Assembly (NCBI GenBank): GCA_034434015.1
Contig: DAOUAB010000111.1
Coordinates: 2,208 to 66,207 of the forward strand
Reading direction: 5' to 3'
Length of the DNA: 64,000 nt
Source: Anaerolineales bacterium
GTDB lineage: Bacteria; Chloroflexota; Anaerolineae; Anaerolineales; UBA6663
Of this stretch, positions 17,891-26,691 are shown piece after piece. The notes below the pieces were generated by a model, which had not been told where the DNA came from, did not search any database, and saw only the letters and a program-made list of their open reading frames with translations. The translations under genes and the position numbers were made by a program. Numbering within the stretch: the stretch's first letter is position 1; the number at the start of each line of letters is the position of its first letter.

Positions 17891-19153
17891 TTGAAAACTG
17901 ACCTCGACCGCCTGATGGCGGAGCGCAAGTACGACGCCGTTCTGGTGCTGGGCCCGGCGGCCCACAACGCGCCGATGTATTACCTGGCCGGCGGCGTGGC
18001 GGTGGGCAAAGACACGGTGCTGATCCAGAAGCGCGGCCGGGCCCCGGTGTTGTTCGTCAACGCCATGGAGCGCGACGAGGCGGCGCGGTCCGGCCTGCGC
18101 GTGGTGACCAAATTTCGCTACCGTCAGATCCTCAGGGAGGCCGGCGGCGATACGGCCCAGGCCCTGGTACGCTACTTCGGCCAGATGCTGGCCGAGGCCG
18201 GCGTGGGCGCCGGGACGGTGGCCGTGTTCGGCCAGCAGGACGCCGGCGCCGCCTACCGCCTGCTCGATACCCTCAACCGGGCCGACCTCGGCGTCCGGCT
18301 GGTGGGCGACCCCGGGCTGACGATCCTCGAGCGGGCGGCGGCCACCAAAGACCTCGACGAGGTCCGGCGTATCCGGTCCGTCGGCCGGCGGACGCTGGCG
18401 GTGGTGGCCGATGTGCAGGAGTTCCTGACCTCGCACCGCGCCCGCGACGGTTACCTGGTCGGCAAGGACGGCGCGCGCCTGACCCTCGGCGACGTCAAGC
18501 GCCGCATCAACCTGAAGCTGGCCGAAGCCGGGCTGGTGGACGCGGAGGGCGGCACGATCTTCGCCATTGGCCGGGACGCCGGCGTGCCGCACTCGCGCGG
18601 CAACCCCCGCCACCCGCTGGCGCTGGGCAAGACCATCGTCTTCGACATCTTCCCGGCCGAGCCGGGCGGCGGTTATTTCTTCGATTTCACGCGCACCTGG
18701 TGCCTGGGCCATGCGCCCGATCACGTGCTGGAGGCGTACGAGGCCGTGCGCGCCGCCCACGCGCAGGCCCTGCGGACCCTGAAGCCCGGCGCGCCATGCC
18801 GCGATTACCAGCGCGCGACCTGCGCTTTGTTCGAGGCGCGCGGACACGCCACCATTCAGACCGATCCGGCGACGACCAGCGGCTACGTCCACTCGCTGGG
18901 CCACGGCCTGGGGCTGCGCATCCACGAGGCGCCCAGCCTGGCCGACACCGAGGGCAACACGGGCGTGCTGGAGCCTGGCGCGGTCTTCACCGTGGAGCCG
19001 GGCCTGTACTACCCGGATCACCCGCGCGGCGGCTTCGGCGTCCGCATCGAGGACACGGTCTGGCTGGACCCGCGGACGCTCCGCTTCGAAGTGCTGGCGA
19101 AGTACCCGGTCGATCTGATCCTGCCCGTCAAGCCGGCCGGCCGGCGGCGGTAG
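17891..19153 (+). CDS. M24-family metallopeptidase (Xaa-Pro aminopeptidase-like)
   Basis: Pita-bread metal ligand blocks: FDI...[26 protein letters not shown] and RIEDTV. TTG start. Confidence 0.85.
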   Translation: MKTDLDRLMAERKYDAVLVLGPAAHNAPMYYLAGGVAVGKDTVLIQKRGRAPVLFVNAMERDEAARSGLRVVTKFRYRQILREAGGDTAQALVRYFGQMLAEAGVGAGTVAVFGQQDAGAAYRLLDTLNRADLGVRLVGDPGLTILERAAATKDLDEVRRIRSVGRRTLAVVADVQEFLTSHRARDGYLVGKDGARLTLGDVKRRINLKLAEAGLVDAEGGTIFAIGRDAGVPHSRGNPRHPLALGKTIVFDIFPAEPGGGYFFDFTRTWCLGHAPDHVLEAYEAVRAAHAQALRTLKPGAPCRDYQRATCALFEARGHATIQTDPATTSGYVHSLGHGLGLRIHEAPSLADTEGNTGVLEPGAVFTVEPGLYYPDHPRGGFGVRIEDTVWLDPRTLRFEVLAKYPVDLILPVKPAGRRR

Positions 19154-19203
19154 CCGACGGCTGCATCGTCGGCTGCGGCGGTCGGCCGCCCGCTTTCTGA
19201 GCG

Positions 19204-20232
19204 ATGCCGCGCATCCTCGCCCTCGAGACCTCCTGTGATGAGACCGCTGCCGCCGTGGTGGCCGACGGCCGCGTGATCCTGTCGAGCGTCATCGCCTCGC
19301 AGGCGGCCCGGCATGCGCCGTACGGCGGCGTGTTCCCGGAGGTCGCCTCGCGCCTGCACATCGAGGCGGTCTACCCCGTGCTGCGCCAGGCGCTGACCGA
19401 CGCTCACATCGGCCTGAGCGACATCGACGCCATCGGGGTGACGCGCGGCCCCGGCTTGCCCGGCTCGCTGGTCGTCGGCCTGAACGTGGCCAAGGGCCTG
19501 GCGCTGGGCCGCGGGCTGCCGCTGATCGGCGTCAACCACCTGGAGGGCCATGTCTACTCGTTGTGGCTGGTGGAGGGCGCGCCGGAGGTCCGCTTCCCGG
19601 TGCTGGTCCTGATCGTGTCCGGCGGCCACACCGAGCTGATCCTGATGCGCGGCCACGGCCAGTATGAGCGCCTGGGCGGCACCCTGGACGATGCGGCCGG
19701 CGAGGCCTTCGACAAGGTCGGCCGGCTGCTGGGTCTGCCTTATCCGGGCGGGCCGGCCATTGAGCGGGCGGCGCAGGACGGGAACCCGGCCGCCTACCGT
19801 TTTGGGCGCGCCTGGCTGGAGGGGACCTGGGATTTCTCGTTCAGCGGGTTGAAGACGGCCGTGCTCTACGAGGTCCGCAAGCAGAAACCCGGCCAGCCGA
19901 TGACCGCGGCGGAAGCGCCGCTCGATCCGGCCGAGGTCCCGAACCTGGCGGCCAGCTTCCAGGCGGCGGCCGTGGATGTGCTGGTGGGCAAGACTGTGGC
20001 GGCGGCCAAGACCTACGCCGTCTCCGAGATCTTCGTGGCCGGCGGGGTGAGCGCGAACGGCGTCCTGCGCGCCGAGTTCGAGAAGAAGTCGCCCGTGCCG
20101 GTGCGCACGCCGCCGCTCAGCCTGTGCACCGACAACGCGGCCATGATCGCGGCAGCCGCCAACTTCCGCTACCTGGCCGGGCAGCGGGATGCGCTGGATA
20201 TGGACGTGCTGCCGAACTGGAGGCTGGTGTGA
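19204..20232 (+). CDS. tsaD: tRNA N6-adenosine threonylcarbamoyltransferase
   Basis: ILALETSCDETAAAVV, HLEGH and VSGGHTEL motifs of the Kae1/TsaD family. Confidence 0.92.
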   Translation: MPRILALETSCDETAAAVVADGRVILSSVIASQAARHAPYGGVFPEVASRLHIEAVYPVLRQALTDAHIGLSDIDAIGVTRGPGLPGSLVVGLNVAKGLALGRGLPLIGVNHLEGHVYSLWLVEGAPEVRFPVLVLIVSGGHTELILMRGHGQYERLGGTLDDAAGEAFDKVGRLLGLPYPGGPAIERAAQDGNPAAYRFGRAWLEGTWDFSFSGLKTAVLYEVRKQKPGQPMTAAEAPLDPAEVPNLAASFQAAAVDVLVGKTVAAAKTYAVSEIFVAGGVSANGVLRAEFEKKSPVPVRTPPLSLCTDNAAMIAAAANFRYLAGQRDALDMDVLPNWRLV

Positions 20233-21944
20233 TCCGGCCCGGCCGCCCGCGCGAGTTCGTCCAGGCCCGGCTGCCGGACGGACGCATCTTCGAAGCCCCG
20301 CCCGGCACGTCTTTAGCCGAGGTGTTGCGGTACGCCGCCCGGCCCGGCGAGCTGCCGGCGCTGGCCGCCGTGGTGCGCGGCAAACTGACCGAGCTCACCA
20401 AGCCGCTCACTGCCGACGCCGAGGTGCGTCCCGTGACCCTGGCCGATATCGACGGGCTGCGGCTCTACCGGCGCTCGCTGGTCTTCCTGCTCGTCGTGGC
20501 CGCCGCCGAGACGTTCCCCGGCGCCGAAGTGGTGGTGGAGCATTCCGCCGCCAGCGGCGGCTATTTCTGCGAAGTGCTGGGCCGCGCGCCGTTCACGCCG
20601 GCCGAACTGGAGCAGATCGAAGCCCACATGCGCCGCCTGGTAGCCCGCGACGAGCCGTTCCGGCGCATCGAGATGAGGGTGAGCGAGGCCATCCGGGTTT
20701 TCCGCGAGCGCGGCCAGGAGGACACGGCCCGGCTGATGGCCCACCGCGCCGAGGAGCGCATCGCCCTGTACCAGCTGCGGGACCGCCTGGATTACGTGCA
20801 CGGCTATCTGGTACCATCCACCGGCTACCTGGACCGGTTTGCCCTGCACGCCGCGCCGACCGGCTTCCTGCTGCAAATGCCGCGCCAGGAGCGCCCGCAT
20901 CAGTTGCCGCCGCTCAGCCCCTACCCGCGCCTGTTCGGCGTGTTCGAGGAGGCCGGCCACTGGCTGGAGCGCCTCGGCCTGCGCAGCGCCGGCGCCCTCA
21001 ACGACGACATCGCCGCCGGCCGCCTGCCGGAGATCGCGCTGGTCTCGGAGGCCCTGCACGAGGGCCGCATCGCGCGTATCGCGGCCGAGATCGCCGAACG
21101 GCACGACCGGGTGCGCGTGGTGCTCATCGCCGGGCCGTCGGCCTCCGGCAAGACGACCTTCTCCAAGCGGCTGGCCGTCCAGCTCCTGGCCAACGGCCTG
21201 CGCCCCTTCCCGGTGAGCATCGACGACTACTTCCTCGACCGGGATCAGACGCCGCGCGACGCCAGCGGCCAGCCGGATTTTGAGAGTCTGCGCGCGGTGG
21301 ATGTGGCGCTGTTCAACGAGCACCTGCTGGCGCTGATGTCCGGCGCGACCGTGCGCCTGCCCCACTACAATTTCCGCACCGGGCGGCGCGAGGCGGGGCC
21401 GGAGGTCACGCTGGGGCGGGACCAGGTGATCATCGTCGAGGGGATTCATGGCCTCAACCCGGCCCTGGTGCCGGGGCTGCCCCCGCCCAGCCTGTACCGG
21501 GTGTACGTCTCGGCGCTGACGCAGTTGAACCTCGACCGGCACAACCGGGTGAGCACGACCGACACGCGCCTGATCCGGCGCATCGTGCGGGACGCCGCGA
21601 CGCGCGGCTACACGGCTTCCGAGACGTTGCGGCGCTGGCCGTCCGTGACAGCCGGCGAACGCCAGCACATCTTCCCTTTCCAGGAACATGGCGACGCCAT
21701 CTTCAATTCGTCGCTGGCTCACGAGCTGGCGGTGCTGCGCCCCCTGGTGGAGCCGCTCCTGCTCCAGGTGCGCCCGGATTCGTCGGTCTATCTGGAAGCG
21801 AACCGGCTGCTGTCCTTCCTCAAATGGTTCCGGCCGGCGCCGGCCGACGTCGTCCCCAGTAACAGCATCCTGCAGGAATTCATCAGCCCGCGCACGATCT
21901 TCGACGCGCTCGACTTCCAGAAGTTCGCCAGGCTGGGAGGCTGA
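20229..21944 (+). CDS. Nucleoside (uridine)-kinase-family P-loop protein with N-terminal TGS-like domain
   Basis: GTG start overlaps the tsaD stop (GTGA). Walker A IAGPSASGKTTFSKRL. PRK/uridine kinase-like C-terminal half. Confidence 0.7.
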   Translation: MIRPGRPREFVQARLPDGRIFEAPPGTSLAEVLRYAARPGELPALAAVVRGKLTELTKPLTADAEVRPVTLADIDGLRLYRRSLVFLLVVAAAETFPGAEVVVEHSAASGGYFCEVLGRAPFTPAELEQIEAHMRRLVARDEPFRRIEMRVSEAIRVFRERGQEDTARLMAHRAEERIALYQLRDRLDYVHGYLVPSTGYLDRFALHAAPTGFLLQMPRQERPHQLPPLSPYPRLFGVFEEAGHWLERLGLRSAGALNDDIAAGRLPEIALVSEALHEGRIARIAAEIAERHDRVRVVLIAGPSASGKTTFSKRLAVQLLANGLRPFPVSIDDYFLDRDQTPRDASGQPDFESLRAVDVALFNEHLLALMSGATVRLPHYNFRTGRREAGPEVTLGRDQVIIVEGIHGLNPALVPGLPPPSLYRVYVSALTQLNLDRHNRVSTTDTRLIRRIVRDAATRGYTASETLRRWPSVTAGERQHIFPFQEHGDAIFNSSLAHELAVLRPLVEPLLLQVRPDSSVYLEANRLLSFLKWFRPAPADVVPSNSILQEFISPRTIFDALDFQKFARLGG

Positions 21945-22110
21945 TCGGCCTGCGACGGCCTGACGCGCGGCGGCTCAGCCGGTCTACCCGCTACCCGCCC
22001 CGCTTGACATACTCACTTTTGTGAATGGTTATCGAGCCTCCGGCGCGCGCCTTATGGAAATTTTTGATTGTGCGTGACAAATATCATCGGCGACGTATTG
22101 ACACCGGTGG

Positions 22111-22139
22111 TTGACTCTGCCCGGGACTCGGCCTATACT
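22111..22139 (+). promoter_or_regulatory. Sigma70-type promoter candidate TTGACT-17 nt-TATACT
   Basis: Hexamers and spacer read directly. Lies in a locally AT-richer intergenic region. Confidence 0.5.
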
Positions 22140-22145
22140 CGCACC

Positions 22146-22254
22146 AACCTGAAGTAGAGGCAAAACGGCCTATGTGCCGGGACGCAATTACACGAAAGGA
22201 CAAACCCGTTGAGTAAGAGCACGCAGTGCAACTATGCCTGCGTGCTTTTTGTTG
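22146..22254 (+). ncRNA. About 110-nt leader or small RNA ending in an intrinsic terminator, class unknown
   Basis: Starts just after the promoter above. Ends in the AGCACGCAG-11 nt-CTGCGTGCT hairpin plus TTTTTGTT (22218..22254), 27 nt before the ATG of the next ORF. Confidence 0.4.
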
Positions 22255-22281
22255 TCCATTGAACCGAAAGGAGACTGACCA

Positions 22282-22530
22282 ATGGATTACGGCATGATCG
22301 GCAAGATTGAGAAGGCCAAACGTTACGCCCAGGAGCGCAACCGGTTCCGCTTTGAGAAGTTCGACGTCACCTTCAGTGGCGATAACAACAACCATCAGGT
22401 CACCTTCGACCACGGCGTTTTTCACTGCGATTGCGAGTTCTTTGTGCTGCGCGGCCGGTGCAGCCACACGATGGCGCTGGAGCAGTTGCTGGACAAGATG
22501 CTGCCGGCGGCGGAGGGCGCCGCGGCCTGA
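22282..22530 (+). CDS. Stand-alone SWIM-type zinc-finger mini-protein (82 aa)
   Basis: AAAGGAG Shine-Dalgarno. CDCEFFVLRGRCSH fits the SWIM signature CxCx(n)CxH. Confidence 0.6.
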   Translation: MDYGMIGKIEKAKRYAQERNRFRFEKFDVTFSGDNNNHQVTFDHGVFHCDCEFFVLRGRCSHTMALEQLLDKMLPAAEGAAA

Positions 22531-22567
22531 ACGGACGCCAACTGAATAGGACGGCGACGGGCGAGGC

Positions 22568-22598
22568 GCAACCCTCGCCCGTTTTATTGGCGGCGCCG
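22568..22598 (+). terminator. Intrinsic terminator
   Basis: CGGGCGAGG-CGCAAC-CCTCGCCCG hairpin followed by TTTTATT. Confidence 0.75.
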
Positions 22599-22628
22599 GC
22601 GAGGGCGCGCAGGGCGGATGGTATAATG

Positions 22629-22637
22629 ATTTTGCAG
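22629..22637 (+). promoter_or_regulatory. Extended -10 promoter candidate (TGgTATAAT)
   Basis: Read directly. Followed by the 8-bp GC hairpin CGGCGGGG-ATTAG-CCCCGCCG at 22655..22675. Confidence 0.45.
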
Positions 22638-22728
22638 ACTTGACCGGCGGGGATTAGCCCCGCCGTTTCCATGTTGGGGCACGAACGGGGTTTACCGGGC
22701 CGGCTCCTGCACGGGCAAGGAGTGTGGT

Positions 22729-23763
22729 TTGAAACGCTGGCAATTCTGGCTGGGGGTGTTGATCAGCCTCGTCTTCCTGTGGCTGGCGCTGCGCGGCCTG
22801 CACCTCGAGCAGGTCTGGGATAAAATGAGGACCGCCAACCTGGGGTGGCTGCTGCCCGGCGTCGCCGTCTACTTCATCGGCGTCTGGGCCCGGGCCTGGC
22901 GCTGGCACTACCTGCTCAAGCCGCTGAAAAGCCTCTCGACCCGGGCGATGTTCCCGGTGGTGACGATCGGCTACATGGGCAACAACATCTACCCGGCGCG
23001 CGCCGGCGAGGTGCTGCGCGCTTTTGTCCTGCGCCGCAAGTTCGGCGTGCCGGTCAGCGCCAGCCTGGCCACCATCGTCGTCGAGCGCATCTTCGACGGC
23101 GTCGTCATGCTGATGTTTGTGTTCTTCAACCTCAACGGGCTGGCGGCCCTGTCGCACGACTCGGGTTTCGTCGGCAGCATCCGGTCGGTGGCGCTGTGGG
23201 GGACGGCGGCCTTTGCGGCGGCGCTGGCGGTGTTCCTGCTGGCGGCCATGTTCCCGCATCCGTCGCTCCGCCTGTTCCACCGTTTCGTCGAGCCGCTCAT
23301 CCCCGGCCGCTTCCGCCCGCGCGTGGCCGGGATGCTGGTCAGTTTCTGGACCGGGCTGGAGTCCCTGCGCTCGCCGTTCAGCATCTTCATGGTCTTCGCC
23401 ACCTCGGTCGTCATCTGGCTGCTGGAGACGGCCAAGTACTGGTTTGTCATCCACGCCTTCGACTTCACCGGCTACACCGGCGGCTTCTTCGGCCTGATGC
23501 TCATGAACGGCATCGTCAACCTGGCGACGACCATCCCGTCCGCGCCCGGTTATGTGGGCACCTTCGACCTGCCCGGCATCGCGGTGTTGAGCGCCTACGG
23601 CCTCAACCCGGAGGTCGCGGCGGCCTACACCCTGGTGCTGCACGCCGCGCTCTGGCTGCCGATCACGGCCCTGGGCGCGTTTTACATGGTGCGCGAGGGC
23701 CTGCGCTGGGACCGGGTCCAGGCGGAGTACCAGGAATTGCAGCAGGCGGAGGCGGCCCGATGA
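22729..23763 (+). CDS. UPF0104 / lysyl-phosphatidylglycerol-synthase-TM-like (flippase-like) membrane protein
   Basis: TTG start 6 nt after AAGGAG. Polytopic. IGYMGNNIYPARAGEVLR motif typical of this family. Confidence 0.75.
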   Translation: MKRWQFWLGVLISLVFLWLALRGLHLEQVWDKMRTANLGWLLPGVAVYFIGVWARAWRWHYLLKPLKSLSTRAMFPVVTIGYMGNNIYPARAGEVLRAFVLRRKFGVPVSASLATIVVERIFDGVVMLMFVFFNLNGLAALSHDSGFVGSIRSVALWGTAAFAAALAVFLLAAMFPHPSLRLFHRFVEPLIPGRFRPRVAGMLVSFWTGLESLRSPFSIFMVFATSVVIWLLETAKYWFVIHAFDFTGYTGGFFGLMLMNGIVNLATTIPSAPGYVGTFDLPGIAVLSAYGLNPEVAAAYTLVLHAALWLPITALGAFYMVREGLRWDRVQAEYQELQQAEAAR

Positions 23764-25088
23764 GCGCCGGGGAAGTGGGCGGGGCGGCGTCCCGGCGTGT
23801 GGCCATCGTGGGCGCGGGGCCGGCCGGGCTGGCCGCCGCCTACGACCTGACGCGCGCCGGGCACGCCGTGGTGGTCTACGAGGCCGCGCCCGAGGTCGGC
23901 GGCCTGGCCTCCGGCTTCAAGGCCCCGCATTGGGATTGGTATCTGGAGAAGTATTACCACCACTGGTTCCAAAGCGACAAAGCGATCCTGGGGCTGATCG
24001 CCGAATTGGGCTGGAGCGACCAGGTGATCTTCCCGCGCCCGTACACGGTGGTGTACGTGAACGGCAAATTCCAGCCGCTTGACTCGCCGCTGCAGGCCAT
24101 TCGCTTCTTCCTGGGCAATTTCTCGCTGATCGACATGGTCCGGTTTGGCCTGGCCACGGCTTACCTGCGCGTCACGCCCTGGTGGCAGCCGCTGGAGCGC
24201 GTGACGGCGGACGCCTGGGCGCGGGCCTGGTATGGCGAGCGCGTTTATCAGGCGCTGTGGCGTCCCATGCTGGTGGGCAAATTCGGCGAGGCCAACCTGC
24301 CGATCGTCAACATGGCCTGGCTGTGGGCGCGCCTGCACGCGCGCACCACGCGCCTGGGGACGTTCGTGGGCGGCTTCCAGACTTTCCTGAACCGGCTGGC
24401 CGACGTGGTCCGCCGCCAGGGCGCCGAGACCCGCCTGAGCAGCGCTGTGACCGAGATCAAGGCGCTCCACGACGGGCGGCTGGCCGTGGTCACGGCTCAG
24501 GGCGCGCGCACCTTCGACGCCGTGATCTCGACCTCGTCCCCGGCGCTCATGGCGCGCATCGCGCCGGACCTGCCGCTGGCCTACTCGGCGCAATTGCGCG
24601 CGCTCAAGAGCATGGGCGCGGTGGTGATGGTGCTGGCCCTCAAGCAGCGGCTGACGTCGTACTATTGGCACAACCTGCCCAAGGAGGCCGGGTTCCCCTT
24701 CCTGGCGATGGTGGAGCACACCAACTACATCGACCCGCGCCACTACGGCGGCGACCACATTGTGTACTGCGGGGATTATCTGGAGCCGGACCACGAATAC
24801 TTCCAGATGGATCAGGCCGCGCTCCTGGAGCGCTTCCTGCCCGCCCTGCAGCGCTTCAACCCGCAGTTCGACCGGAGCTGGGTGAAGGCCGCCTGGCTGT
24901 GGAAGACGGCCTACGCCCAGCCGGTGCCGCCGGTGGGCCACTCGCAGAATATCCCGCCGCTGCGCACGCCGGTGCCAGGCCTGTATTTCGCCTCCATGAG
25001 CCAGGTGTATCCGTGGGATCGCGGGACCAACTTCGCGGTGGAGATCGGGCGCCGGGTGGCTGGAATGGTGAAGGACGATCTGCGATAG
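23760..25088 (+). CDS. NAD(P)/FAD-dependent oxidoreductase (amine-oxidase / phytoene-desaturase-like fold)
   Basis: ATG overlaps the upstream stop (ATGA). Dinucleotide fold VAIVGAGPAGLAAAYDL...VVVYEA...GG. Confidence 0.8.
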   Translation: MSAGEVGGAASRRVAIVGAGPAGLAAAYDLTRAGHAVVVYEAAPEVGGLASGFKAPHWDWYLEKYYHHWFQSDKAILGLIAELGWSDQVIFPRPYTVVYVNGKFQPLDSPLQAIRFFLGNFSLIDMVRFGLATAYLRVTPWWQPLERVTADAWARAWYGERVYQALWRPMLVGKFGEANLPIVNMAWLWARLHARTTRLGTFVGGFQTFLNRLADVVRRQGAETRLSSAVTEIKALHDGRLAVVTAQGARTFDAVISTSSPALMARIAPDLPLAYSAQLRALKSMGAVVMVLALKQRLTSYYWHNLPKEAGFPFLAMVEHTNYIDPRHYGGDHIVYCGDYLEPDHEYFQMDQAALLERFLPALQRFNPQFDRSWVKAAWLWKTAYAQPVPPVGHSQNIPPLRTPVPGLYFASMSQVYPWDRGTNFAVEIGRRVAGMVKDDLR

Positions 25089-25119
25089 CCCGGCGGGCGC
25101 CGGTCAGCCCGCCAATTTC

Positions 25120-25510
25120 CATCGTCGCCCCGGCGAAAGCCGGGGCCCAGCAGCTGTAGTTAACTCAACAGTTTCCGGGCCTGGATGCCGCCCCTGGGTA
25201 CAGGGGACGCCGGCATGGCGTTGTATCAGCCGATCCCCTTTTAGTTTACGTTCGCCCTGAGTGCGGGCCTCGCGCGTAGCGCGAGGCCTTAAGGCTTGGC
25301 GAAGCCAAGCCCGTAGTCGAAAGGCACGTCTCGACCGTTCGTCCTTCGACAGGCTCAGGAGGCTCATGGCTCGGCGCGAACGGCACAGAGGCAATCGGAA
25401 AATGATATAGAGCGATTGCCGATATAGTTTACGGCAGGTCATTCCGGCGAAGGCCGGAATCCAGCGAATTTGGGCGGGACCTGGACCCCGGCTTGCGCCG
25501 GGGTGACGTC
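25120..25510. repeat. Cluster of short hairpin repeats (two families) filling a convergent intergenic region
   Basis: GNRA-hairpin units at about 25120..25153, 25437..25463 and (inverted) 25483..25510. A compound multi-hairpin element of about 180 bp lies at 25251..25424, bracketed by TAGTTTACG at 25242..25250 and 25425..25433. Confidence 0.6.
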
Positions 25511-25588
25511 AACGCAAGCGGAATTCGGTATAGATGAACCCCGGCTTTCAGAGCCGGGGTTCGTGTTTGGCGGCTGCGAGGCGGCTGA

Positions 25589-26548
25589 CTATGGCGATAA
25601 GATGTCGGCGTCCGGTTCCGGCGAGGGCAGGGAGCGCCAGTCCGCGGCGTAGAAGCGCAGATAGTCGCGCACGTGCTGTGACCAGTACGTCTCGCTGTGG
25701 CCGCCGGCCTGCAGGATGAAGGTGTGGTCCAGCTTGAACCAGGTGAACACCTGGTCGAGCCAGATCGGGCTGCGGAGGGTGGCGTCGTTCTCGCCGCTGT
25801 CGATATAGATGGCGGGCGGGGGCCTGTCCTTCAATTGCCGCGCCCAATCCAGGATGGACAGCTCGTCGTCGTAGAAGACCGCCGGGCTGTGCAGCCCGAT
25901 GCGTCCGAAGAGCAGCGGGTAGCGCAGGCCGAAGTGGACGGCCCAGCCGCCGCCGCGCGAGAGGCCGCCGATGGCGCGCGCCTCGCGCTCCGGGCGGGTC
26001 CGGTAATGGGCGTCTATATAGGGGAGCAGGTCCTGCACCAGGGCCGGGTCCAGCCGCGCATCGCGCCGGTCGCGCGGCATCACGATGATCAGCGGCGCGA
26101 TCTCGCCCGCCGCGATTAACTCGTCCGCCGCCGCCGTCACCCCCAGGCGCTCCCACTGGTCCTCGGTGAAACCCAGCCCGTGCAGCAGATACAGCGTCGG
26201 ATAGCGACCGGTTGAGGCGGCGTAGCAGGGCGGCAGATAAAGGCGCGTATCAATCGCGTAGCGCAGGACCGGGGACGGGACCTGGAGAGTGGCCGTGATC
26301 CCGACAGTGTCGGCGCAGGCGGTGGGCGTCGGTGTGGCGGTGGGCGTCGGCGTGGCGGTGATCGTCGGCGTGCCGGTCGGCGTGGGGCTGGCCGTGGGCG
26401 TCGGGCCGAGAGACGGCGTGGCCCAGGGGCGGGGCGTCGGCTCCCCGGCCGCCCGGGCCACGGCCGGATCGGAAGGCGGCCAGGACGCCGCCGGCGCGCA
26501 GGCCGTCAGGCCGATAACCAGGACAGTGAGGAGGAGGACATTCCGCAT
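25589..26548 (-). CDS. Secreted alpha/beta-hydrolase (putative esterase family) with lipoprotein-like signal and Pro/Thr linker
   Basis: N-terminal LLTVLVIGLTAC, a PTPTASPTPTGTPTITATPTPTATPTPT linker and GLSRGGG nucleophile-elbow-like motif. Confidence 0.7.
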   Translation of the reverse strand: MRNVLLLTVLVIGLTACAPAASWPPSDPAVARAAGEPTPRPWATPSLGPTPTASPTPTGTPTITATPTPTATPTPTACADTVGITATLQVPSPVLRYAIDTRLYLPPCYAASTGRYPTLYLLHGLGFTEDQWERLGVTAAADELIAAGEIAPLIIVMPRDRRDARLDPALVQDLLPYIDAHYRTRPEREARAIGGLSRGGGWAVHFGLRYPLLFGRIGLHSPAVFYDDELSILDWARQLKDRPPPAIYIDSGENDATLRSPIWLDQVFTWFKLDHTFILQAGGHSETYWSQHVRDYLRFYAADWRSLPSPEPDADILSP

Positions 26549-26691
26549 CCGGACAAAGAAACCCGCCGTTTGGGGAGTAGCCCCGCCCGACGGGAGCGCC
26601 TGTTGCCTGACAGTTTAGGCCGGCGGCCGGATTTGGTCAACCCGGCGGTTGGGGTAGAATAGCGGGCAGCCCGAGGAAAGGAGTCGCCGCC

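Noticed and set aside
25104-25442. 112-aa minus-strand ORF in the repeat-rich intergenic region
   Set aside because: Its sequence is simply the translation of the hairpin repeats (…LSLSKDERSRRAFRLRAWLRQALRPRATREARTQGER…). It has no start context or Shine-Dalgarno.
26290-26420. Short periodic GGCGTSGGYGTGGCGGTG-type DNA repeats that could be mistaken for a tandem-repeat or CRISPR-like array
   Set aside because: They lie inside the esterase gene on the minus strand and encode its Pro/Thr linker (PTPTASPTPTGTPT...). There are no unique spacers and no array architecture.
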